Below, piece by piece: positions 13,601 to 23,930 of a DNA stretch of 64,000 bases (position 1 is its first letter; each line of letters begins with the position of its first letter). The stretch is taken from contig NC_134031.1 in the NCBI RefSeq assembly GCF_964204645.1, forward strand, positions 19,785,910 to 19,849,909. Direction: 5' to 3'. The notes beneath the pieces were generated by a model. It saw only the letters and a list, made by a program, of their open reading frames with translations, had not been told where the DNA came from and searched no databases. Origin of the DNA: Tubulanus polymorphus (taxonomy: Eukaryota; Animalia; Nemertea). The position numbers and the translations under genes were made by a program.

Positions 13601-16600
13601 ATCAGTTGTTTCACTTGCGCTTCGTGTCACCAGTCACTGACACCGGGAGAACAATTCGGCATGAAAGACAGTATGATTTACTGCCGTGCTCATTACGAAC
13701 TGTTGATACAAGGCGACTATTTAAACGGCATCACGTCGAATCTAAACGGTCACCAAGTGCCGTTTTATAACGGGGTCGGTAGCGTACAGAAAGGCCGTCC
13801 CAGGAAACGAAAAAGTCCCGAACCGGATCCCTGTTCACAAGGATTAGGTAAGAGTTCTAAGCATCCATTATTCTTTAGTGTAGGTTCATTCTTCTCTACA
13901 TTACTTGAAAAACTTGAACCTGTAGTTTTTGTAACGTAAAATGAAGTATCTCGATGATGTATTAATTCAGTATCACCATCTGGATTTATATCTCTTATAT
14001 CCCGCTGAAAAAAATACCCCGATCTAAAAAGTGCTATCGAATATTCGGAATTGTCCACAAGAGTTTTCATTACTTTTTATCTAGTAATAACGATACCGAC
14101 TGCGCCAGCAATACGAAATATACAAAGTCTGATAATCGTCGAGAGCATGTTAGGTCGATAAGCATTATTGTTCGGCGTATGAATAATGAACAGGTCATTT
14201 TTCATTGCGAGTGGGATTTAATTTCATCAAGAATCGAGACAAGTATTCGTAGCGATACTCGTGCGGTCGATTCGTGGTCCACGGTATATAACTCACTCTC
14301 TCTATCCGTACACTTTATGAAAGAGCATTAAAAATTTATTCAGTCGACGAGTTGTGCAGAAAAAACATAATGCATACGCGTGGTACTTGTGGTGATGAGA
14401 CCTCAGTTGGCTCTCCGCGGGTACAGGGTTGTTTCGGTACACACTATCTGGACGAAATTTATACGACAACTTTTCGGGAGAGTTCATGACATGGCCACGC
14501 CGCTGCACAGTTCCCGAGTTACACTCCAACGAAACCCGTCGTGGAATATATCATTTTGAAAACAGCATCATACGCGTGATTTCTATTCGACGCTCAAGGG
14601 AAAGTTTGAGTCGTGAAACGTTTATGGACATGCGAAGAAAACCCTACAATATCAACGAACAACAATTAAAAACCTGTTTCATTGATTTCTCGATTAGTTC
14701 TATGCAGTTTTAGAGATTCATGTTGATAAAACTGTGGGTGTAATCTACACAGACTACAGTGACTACTGGTTTAAATTGATATACGAATATAATATTTATT
14801 TCTCCGTGTTACCCGACGACCAAGCGGTCACCTTTCACACAACATGACGCCCAGATAGTTTATCATCATAAATATAGAATTCACAACATATCCCGGGCAC
14901 GAGGCAGTCTCAGCACGACCCCATAGTGACCGGTACAAACACAATGAACGGTCAGTGTCTTCTCCCCATGAAGGTAAAACCCAAGTCACGAATGTCTCCC
15001 AAGCCGCACGTGTGCGCGTCCGGCGATTGTGGTCGGTGGTCGAACAGGACTTTTGTCTTCAGGAACAGGAGACAGAGAAATTTTGAAAAATAGCCAGACT
15101 TTTGTAGCATCCTCCCGCCACCTTCCGCCTCAAAGTAATAAAATGATTTTGGACGTTGATATTGACAATATAGAATCTATCGTTTGGACGTCAACATCTT
15201 CTAATAAAGAATGTAAGTGTTTCACTTAAGCTTAGTTCACAAAAGTTAATTTGATAAATTCTAAGCAGTTCTTGATCAGGGAGTGGTGTACTTTCATTGA
15301 TATACCCTCATACACACGGCCTGGTATAAGCAATGATCGCACGAAAGTGTTTTTATTTAGGTTGCTCGGAAATGTGTCTCAAACGTCGTTTTCCGTTGCT
15401 TTTTAAATCCGGTCTCTTATCACATGATCTCAAAACCCTATCAATTATTCACCATGAAACACTTGAATGAAATCACCCTTATGTACATGTATATATATAT
15501 ATATACAACGTTTCTATTGAGTCGTTCTAATTCAGAGAACGTTTCTCGAAAATTTTCATAGACAACATATCGTAAAATTATCAATTACGATTTATTGAAA
15601 AGAAGAACGCTGGCGAATATCATACAATATGTCATCAAAACAATTCGAATATTGTTCACTACGTAATAGATAATAATAAATGATTTTGGCGTATTGAGAA
15701 TAGTTATATATCGTCCTAGCAGACGAGTGTCGCCGATACAATGGCCGAGGACCTGTCCCGGTATAGGCTTCGGGCAAATCGGTGTCGCCCGTTAACAGAA
15801 GTGAAAGCGCATTCGCTAAACATTCTGCGCAGATTTACCGAGCTGGAAATCATTGAAAAGAGATTCAATCGTGTTATGTCTGGTAGTTTTTCATTCTTAT
15901 CGAGCCCCGGTCGGCGAAACTAGCCTCGGGCTCTTTCACGAGGGAACGCGGACGCGCGCACTCTAAAGCGGTGGAATCACGCAGTCTCGCTTTAGTGCGG
16001 CTCAGTTTCGCTAGCGTGGCCGGTCGCCTTCGAAATTGCGGGTGCTCAAATCGTTCGTCTTTGTCGCCCGACACCCCGCCGTTTTGTATTCCCGAACAGA
16101 GCATACCTCAGGCGCAGGATATCGGGAACTGTTGCACAATGCACCAGGACCATCCCTTCGCATTAGATCTAAATATGCACTTTGTGATAGTGCTACTGTA
16201 GACCGTGAGTCGACCAATATTCCCAGAATGAAGTCTTTATTGATAACATGGCTACTTGAGTTCAGTGACGAGTTTCCAACATATGGAATAGCTTTTGGCT
16301 TCCGGCTGACAGGAGCTGATGAACAAAAATATTAGGCAACAACCGAAAAAATACTACTACACGTCTCGATACTGTACAAGCGAATTTGCGCGAACAACGA
16401 AGATCCCCAACTGAGTATACATAACCAGAACTGGTAGGATAGCACTGAAAACAGCGAGCCTCATCTCAGATATAGCAATATCGTATTCACGACTTCCGAC
16501 GAGTTTTTTTAGTATACGCACACGTGAATCGTGCAAAATGTTCGCAAGTCTATACTTTACACATTTGCAAAAGATTTTGTGAGCAAGTTACTGCAGAAGT

Positions 16601-18582
16601 CGAATAAGGCTTTGTAACAATTTGATATTTTGAGTCATATCGTGTATTATAGGATTTCACGGAATTTGAATCGCAGACAAGAAATGTAAAAGCTACGCGT
16701 TTAGGACGAAGCCAGCAGCGGCGGCTGATTCATTTCTTGGCGCGATGTTTTTCAAAGATGACGTGTATAGACGTGCATCATCAAACGAAAATCTAGATGA
16801 GAGGCGAAATCTGAAATTTGCTATTTGTCTCGTGTTGGTATCAGGTGTTATAATGTCGGCGATAATGGGTCGCGTTCGAAGCGCTTTCACTTCAACAGCT
16901 GCTGCGAGTGAGTTGAACTGCTCAGGACACGTGGTGATAAAACGAAAATCAATCCATTGACATTTTTCGAAGCCCGTTTCGATACCTCCAATAAAATATA
17001 ATTGGTATAACAATGTATTTATTAGCGTACGAAATGAATTGGCGTAACATTTGGTCTTTTTCGATCGTTCTATATATGAATTCAGGTTTAATGCGGTTCG
17101 ATAAATAATTGTATCAAGAATCTTTCGTTGATCTTTTAAGTCAATTACTGCGTTACGTTTTAAAGTATCTAAGTCAAAATGTCACTGCAGTGAATTGTAT
17201 TAGTTCTACGACGTTAGACGACGCCTACGTATAATGTCTCCTGACTGTACTCTAGACAGGTTATTCACCGAGGTTGAGTAGATTTTTCAATTCTAACTCG
17301 AGAAACAAAATGACGACGGAATCCTTAAAAGCGAACATAGTTTAGATAAGTTGTTCGATTCGCTGGGGCTCAGCCTACTCGACAAACAATATTTGATGTG
17401 ATATCTTATTATGAAAATAGATTTAGTCTCATACGAGTGTTATAACAAACCCTAAAGGGTATATTTTGTATTTCATCTAATAGCTCGGGGAAATACAGAA
17501 TATCGCTGTGAAAGTTCTCACATTTTCTGATATACTCATTCCGCGTTCGCTTCATTTATTCACGAAAAAAGATACAAGTTTATTGAAGTTGACGCCTGGT
17601 TCATGGCGTCATAGACATTTGAAGCGTCGCGTATCAAAAGCCGCTCCACGCCCTTTATTTCTAGAATTTAGATTTCAAATTCGCACGTTTCTATATCCGA
17701 TGTTCGATTTATATTTGACAGGAATGGGCGGTAATGAGAATCTAGATGGAGACCCTCTAGATCGCGACTACCAACAACAACCTCCCAGACAGAAACGCAT
17801 GCGCACTTCGTTCAAACACCACCAGTTACGGACGATGAAATCGTATTTTTCTCTAAATCACAATCCAGACGCAAAAGATCTCAAACAATTAGCACAAAAA
17901 ACTGGCTTGACGAAAAGAGTTTTACAGGTAACTATGATGTCCGGTTTTTTGAAATTAATGGGCCATTGCTTTGGAATATTTTCTCAGATGTTGAACTTGA
18001 TATTTAATATATATTGATATTTAACAAATATTAAAAATTTCAATAATTTTAGATCAGCTCTTGAAACCGTTCTATTCAATCTTATGGTTAGCCACACTTT
18101 TATTAAGAATCAATTTTTTCTGTAATTGCCTTACAGCAATATTTAACTAAATAAAGCACCAAATGTGGTATATAAGAATAATGATAATTACTGAATTCAA
18201 GGATATAAGTATTATGTGAAATGATCTTTCAATTATCAGTCGATAAGATACATGTTTATTCAAATAGTATCTGTCTGATATTTTCTAGGTATGGTTTCAA
18301 AATGCCAGGGCGAAATACCGACGGAATCTGTTACGTCAGGAGCAGCAACGCGACCCGAATTCGCAGTCGAACGGCGTAATGTCACCGGATTGTAAATCAC
18401 AGGACAGTTTACAGGAATTAACCGAACTGACGAACGCGCACTCACCGGGCGGATTATCAGACATCAGTTCCACTCCGTCGCTATCAGATCTCGGACATTC
18501 TATGGACAGCGAAGAGCATCAAAATGACACGGGCGGCAGTTTAACGGACCTTTTTAGCAGCAGTATTAATAACCTGAATTGA
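1690..18582 (+). CDS. LHX2/9: LIM-homeobox transcription factor Lhx2/9 (apterous); exons 1690-1821, 3832-4040, 13513-13847, 17722-17927, 18289-18582
   Basis: LIM1 CAGCSGRIVDRFYLMAVDKQWHTSCLKC..CFAKDGNIYCKEDYYR; LIM2 [35 protein letters not shown]..; linker QKGRPRKRK; homeodomain KRMRTSFKHHQLRTMKSYFSLNHNPDAKDLKQLAQKTGLTKRVLQ|VWFQNARAKYRR typical of Lhx2/9. All GT-AG junctions join in phase (0,2,1,0). Confidence 0.96.
6089..6235. repeat. Imperfect inverted repeat (MITE-like palindrome) in Lhx2/9 intron 2
   Basis: gatatttc..aagtttatttatc..gatttatcttaatcctatct is mirrored by agatgggattaagataaatc..gatagataaactt..gaatatc. Confidence 0.55.
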
Positions 18583-18802
18583 AAAACCGTATAAGTGGCG
18601 CTCGCGTGAATTGGAGAAAAGTACCACCGAAAACTCTTGTATCTGAAAAAGGAAATTAACAGAAAACAATATATATATATTTACCTTATAGTTTGAAATA
18701 GCTATAGATTTACTAAAATCCAAGATCAGTTTTCAAACAATAATGTGCTCCAAATCCATGGATTTTATTATGATGACAATCTTAAAATCAGAACTGTTGT
18801 AT

Positions 18803-18833
<31 letters not shown>

Positions 18834-19483
18834 GTGTACAGGTATAAATAAAATAGGCGTTCTACTTATTATTAAATTCATGACTTGATCTCGCGGTGTA
18901 CAACGAAAAAAGTTTTAATATCATTGTTTTTCCTAGAAATATCTACTGATCTCAGAGAAATGTCTTACGAATACATAGTATAATGATAAACATATACTTA
19001 GGGTTAGTTCCGCGTTTGGTATCAAAGTCTAAGATAAACTCTAATCAGCGTTTATAAGTCATTTTATTTTAAAATTTCGTGCAAAAAATATTCCCTTGAT
19101 TTTCAATCGATTGAATACTGTGTTGATTCGAAAATATTGAAGCATCGCGCTAGTTGTTAATACACTAAATATCTGTACCGGTTTTTGGTCATTGATATCA
19201 ATAATGTATATAACATTTAATAAGTGTTGTGAATAAAATATTGAGAAGATTAAATTATGAATAAAGATAAATCATTATTGTTATTTCTTTTTGTTTTCGT
19301 CATTTACTGTATTCGACGTGAGAAGGGCGCATCGTACGGGACAAATTGAACCAGAAAAAAAGTGAATAAGAACCCAAAGATGAAATGACTAATGACTAAA
19401 ATAACTATCAGGGTATAAGACTGGTCTGAATACCAGTTGTTATTACGGTCTCCTACAGCGTATGCCGCCAAAAGTATAAGATC

Positions 19484-19616
19484 GAGAGAATCCCACAATA
19501 ATAACGAAAAACCAGTCCGAAGATGACTATTAGGATACAGTCGAAACGTTGAATAAACTACACTAGCTTCAGTTACAATTTTGGACTGTTTTTCGTTATT
19601 ATTGCGGGATTCTCTC
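19484..19616 (+). mobile_element. Palindromic element with a degenerate hammerhead-like core (possible Penelope-like remnant), copy 1
   Basis: Arms gagagaatcccacaataataacgaaaaaccagtcc / ggactgtttttcgttattattgcgggattctctc; centre CCGAAGA-T-GACT..AGTC-GAAAC-GTTG. Confidence 0.55.
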
Positions 19617-20245
19617 TATATCGCTTTAACGCGGATATAGTTCTTTATCAATAGTGTTAGTTCGTGTGTCTTAGTGCAACGGCACAGATTTTAGTCCGCA
19701 GTGGAAGCTATTTTATCAAATAAACTCGACTAACGACTTTGAAAATTTGTTTTAAATATTTTTGATGATTTGTTCCGAGAAAATTAACCTTATGTGCACT
19801 TTCTCCCAAGACGTCGTTTTAAGGCTAGATATGGTACTAGACTAGATATAGACTAAACATCGAAAAATAATCGGCCTAAATACCTACTGGGCTCGCTTTT
19901 CTTTCTGAGTTTGGCATTTTCTATGTCATGAAACAGCAAAGCATAATCAAATCCATGGCATTAATCATACATTTTGGACCCTTAACTTCCCTTTCTCGAT
20001 TTCCTTCGCCTATCCAGCTCAAACAATATGTCGTCATTTATTAAACGGAAAATTTTGCGCTGCAAAGAGTATTTGAAGGAATGAAATCAATTGATACATT
20101 TTTCTATCATTTACATGAATGGGTTTGGAGAAATTTGAACGTACCGCGACATTCTTTCTCAACAAGCTCAATTGTAGAACCAATGCGCCATCTGTCGTAT
20201 TGTTGTGTGTCACTCAACGCGCGACTCTCCTCAATACTAAGTAAC

Positions 20246-20266
20246 GGGGATTCCCCGGGAATTTCA
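20246..20266 (+). promoter_or_regulatory. Tandem NF-kB (kappaB)-like sites upstream of zinc-finger gene copy 1
   Basis: GGGGATTCCCC immediately followed by GGGAATTTCA, 114-134 bp 5' of the ATG; C/EBP-ATF-like TGACGCAA at 20305-20312. Confidence 0.55.
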
Positions 20267-20379
20267 GCCCTATGTCACGCGACCAGGCTGTGTATTTACA
20301 TTACTGACGCAACAGTAAACTGTACATTGTACCTTCGAGTACTCCGACGAGATTGTACAGTCAGCATTAGCAACGCAAA

Positions 20380-21786
20380 ATGGAAGAAGCTTTTCCTTTA
20401 CAATGTACCGTCTGTAACAAGGTTTTTAATGGAGCTAACCCAGCAAAACATCATTATGATAGTGACAAACATAAAAGGAAGGCTGGAACGTTTGTTGGTG
20501 AAGAAACAAGTAAGAATATCGGCTTGTCTTTCATGAATAATCTTGATGATACTAGCAGTGTTACGAGCAGCGAGTACAATGAATTTGTAAATATATCGAA
20601 CCAAATGGCTTGCTTGAATTTGGGCATCAGAACCCCGAGTGAAGCTGGTTCCATGATCGCATCGACTGATACAGCCTCATCATTGGGCGTTTCCTCGTCA
20701 GGAGCTGCTGCAGCCAGTACTTTCGGGATGTGTAATCTGTGCAATATACTTTACACGTCACCAGAAGAAGCTAAGAAGCATTTGAATGGTAAAAAACACC
20801 TACGTAAAATGAAAATGGTGAATTTACTACCGGGAGCTAATAACGTTAGGGCTGATGTTACTATGGTTCAGTCCGCACCATACAGTGCACCAGTTCCGAA
20901 TCCGACCGTAAGCGTCATGGCATCGCCAACTTCTCCGCTCGGTGCGGGTCCACAACTGCTTCCTGTTCAAGCAGCGCATGTGGTGGTCGAAACGCCATCG
21001 AAACGACGACGATTCTGCGACATTTGCCGCTGTTACGTCGACACAGAAGAGATGTATGTAATCCACTGCGACAGCCCGAGTCACGTCTGGAAAGAGAAGT
21101 TGTTCATAAACGAGATGAAACAGCAGAAGAAACTCAAACGGCGAGGTATCCAGCACGTGGAAATGGCCAGGCCAGCTGATGATGGAAATAACGCTATATC
21201 TAATGCTTCCGCTGTCGTCGCCTCATCAAGACGTGACCAGCAGCAACATTTCTGCGACACCTGTTCGTGTTATTTAAACAGCGCCGAGCAGTTGAAACAA
21301 CATCAAGAAAGTCCACGACATATAACGCAAGATGAAATGAAGAAGAGAAACGCCTTTTTCCTTATTGGGCATAGCAACGATGGCGTGGCATCAACGGCGG
21401 CCGCATCTACAGGTCCACGTTCGAATCCATTGCTCGAACATTATTTACAAGATCAACGAGAGGCATCGCGACGAAGTGATTCTTCATCGCCGCCGTTTTC
21501 GTCAGCCATGTCGTCGATTACCGATAACCGATTCGTTACACCAGAACCCAGTGTGTTTGGTGACAGCACTGTGGAGCTATTGAATGCCGATCTCCGATCG
21601 GTTTCTGAAGTAATGAGGTCCGGTCACGGGGCTGTCGGAGACGGCCGAGCATCTTCGCTGATGTTACCGAGTATTCCGCCTCCGAGCAGGCTTTCAACAT
21701 ACTCGGACGCGACCGCCTCCGACTTGCACCAGTCTGAAATGTTCGAATTTTCTTCAAGTTTGTTGAATCGCTTGAACAAAGAATAA
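20380..21786 (+). CDS. Intronless protein with four matrin/U1/JAZ-type (C-x2-C-x12-H-x5-H) zinc fingers, ZNF385/ZNF346/ZMAT-like, copy 1 (468 aa)
   Basis: Fingers CTVC..HYDSDKH, CNLC..HLNGKKH, CDIC..HCDSPSH, CDTC..HQESPRH, separated by long Ser/Ala/Pro-rich linkers. The spacing matches dsRNA-binding zf-met/JAZ fingers. Confidence 0.88.
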   Translation: MEEAFPLQCTVCNKVFNGANPAKHHYDSDKHKRKAGTFVGEETSKNIGLSFMNNLDDTSSVTSSEYNEFVNISNQMACLNLGIRTPSEAGSMIASTDTASSLGVSSSGAAAASTFGMCNLCNILYTSPEEAKKHLNGKKHLRKMKMVNLLPGANNVRADVTMVQSAPYSAPVPNPTVSVMASPTSPLGAGPQLLPVQAAHVVVETPSKRRRFCDICRCYVDTEEMYVIHCDSPSHVWKEKLFINEMKQQKKLKRRGIQHVEMARPADDGNNAISNASAVVASSRRDQQQHFCDTCSCYLNSAEQLKQHQESPRHITQDEMKKRNAFFLIGHSNDGVASTAAASTGPRSNPLLEHYLQDQREASRRSDSSSPPFSSAMSSITDNRFVTPEPSVFGDSTVELLNADLRSVSEVMRSGHGAVGDGRASSLMLPSIPPPSRLSTYSDATASDLHQSEMFEFSSSLLNRLNKE

Positions 21787-23037
21787 GAATAAACGCCACT
21801 GACAATTGTCGACACTGATAATTTATGTTGATAGAAAATGTGTCTCTTCGCTGAACCTCGCTAGAACGATGACCGTGGGAAAATGAAAAGCATCGTACTA
21901 ACGATTTGATAAAAACAATTCCATAATTAACTCGACGGACAGAGAAATTTATTGCCTGTGTGGTCAGTACTACCGCGACCAGACAGGATTTGTTTTTAAG
22001 ATTACTTCAGGCCTGTAGGCCTAATTAAGAGAGATCGTCTCATTTTAATTCAGTAAATTTTCACGATATATGAACGAGCTAATATCAAACCGGTACTGTT
22101 CAGTCGATGGAATAGGTTTCTTGATGAGTTTTTAATGTAGTAATTATGGACCATCGTAAACATTTTTATAGGGAAATCCTATAAGAAAAGCCGGGAATTC
22201 TTAGATTCATCGTATTACTGAGGTTTCTTGTTGAAACGTACTAACGAGGTTCGACTGAAATAGCTATAGATTTACTAAAATCCAAGATCAGTTTTCAAAC
22301 AATAATGTGCTCCAAATCCGTGAATTTTATTATGATGACAATCTTAAAATCAGAACTGTTGTATGTAATATGTATATATATTTATATGTGTACAGGTATG
22401 AATAAAATAGGCGTTCTACTTATTATTAAATTCATGACTTGATCTCGCGGTGTACAACGAAAGAAGTTTTAATATCATTGTTTTTCCTAGAAATATCTAC
22501 TGATCTCAGAGAAATGTCTTACGAATACATAGTATAATGATAAACATATACTTAGGGTTAGTTCCGCGTTTGGTATCAAAGTCTAAGATAAACTCTAATC
22601 AGCGTTTATAAGTCATTTTATTTTAACGTTTCGTGCAAAAAATATTTCCTTGATTTTCAATCGATTGAATACTGTGTTGATTCGAAAATATTGAAGCATC
22701 GCGCTAGTTGTTAATACACTAAATATCTGTACCGGTTTTTGGTCATTGATATCAATAATGTATATAACATTTAATAAGTGTTGTGAATAAAATATTGAGA
22801 AGATTAAATTATGAATAAAGATAAATCATTATTGTTATTTCTTTTTGTTTTCGTCATTTACTGAATTCGACGTGAGAAGGGTGCATCGTACGGGACAAAT
22901 TGAACCAGAAAAAAAGTGAATAAGAACCCAAAGATGAAATGACTAATGACTAAAATGACTATCAGGGTATAAGACTGGTCTGAATACCAGTTGTTATTAC
23001 GGTCTCCTACAGCGTATGCCGCCAAAAGTATAAGATC

Positions 23038-23170
23038 GAGAGAATCCCACAATAATAACGAAAAACCAGTCCGAAGATGACTATTAGGATACAGTCGAAA
23101 CGTTGAATAAACTACACTAGCTTCAGTTACAATTTTGGACTGTTTTTCGTTATTATTGCGGGATTCTCTC
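23038..23170 (+). mobile_element. Palindromic element with a degenerate hammerhead-like core, copy 2 (inside the duplication)
   Basis: Same sequence as 19484-19616. Confidence 0.55.
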
Positions 23171-23799
23171 TATATCGCTTAAACGCGGATATAGTTCTTT
23201 ATCAATAGTGTTAGTTCGTGTTTCTTAGTGCAACGGCACAGATTTTTGTCCGCAGTGGAAGCTATTTTATCAAATAAACTCGACTAACGACTTTGAAAAT
23301 TTGTTTTAAATATTTTTGATGATTTGTTCCGAGAAAATTAACCTTATGTGCACTTTCTCCCAAGACGTCGTTTTGGGGCTAGATATGGTACTAGACTAGA
23401 TATAGACTAAACATCGAAAAATAATGGGCCTAAATACCTACTGGGCTCGCTTTTCTTTCTGAGTTTGGCATTTTCTATGTCATGAAACAGCAAAGCATAA
23501 TCAAATCCATGGCATTAATCATACATTTTGGACCCTTAACTTCCCTTTCTCGATTTCCTTCGCCTATCCAGCTCAAACAATATGTCGTCATTTATTAAAC
23601 GGAAAATTTTGCGCTGCAAAGAGTATTTGAAGGAATGAAATCAATTGATACATTTTTCTATCATTTACATGAATGGGTTTGGAGAAATTTGAACGTACCG
23701 CGACATTCTTTCTCAACAAGCTCAATTGTAGAACCAATGCGCCATCTGTCGTATTGTTGTGTGTCACTCAACGCGCGACTCTCCTCAATACTAAGTAAC

Positions 23800-23820
23800 G
23801 GGGATTCCCCGGGAATTTCA
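23800..23820 (+). promoter_or_regulatory. Tandem NF-kB-like sites upstream of zinc-finger gene copy 2
   Basis: GGGGATTCCCCGGGAATTTCA, identical to copy 1. Confidence 0.55.
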
Positions 23821-23930
23821 GCCCTATGTCACGCGACCAGGCTGTGTATTTACATTACTGACGCAACAGTAAACTGTACATTGTACCTTCGAGTACTCCG
23901 AGATTGTACAGTCAGCATTAGCAACGCAAA

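Noticed and set aside
4070-17013. Many 60-106-aa ORFs within Lhx2/9 introns
   Set aside because: No motifs, many non-ATG starts and no coherent splice structure; consistent with random ORFs.
19304-19498. 64-aa hydrophobic minus-strand ORF, identical in both duplicate copies
   Set aside because: Non-ATG start lying in a palindrome arm, with AT-rich composition. Its few differences between copies are silent, which is mildly curious, so a small TM exon cannot be fully excluded, but there is no gene context.
20081-20536. 151-aa ORF overlapping the zinc-finger start (also 23635-24087)
   Set aside because: No recognisable motif; it is present twice only because of the recent duplication and spans the promoter-like kB region.
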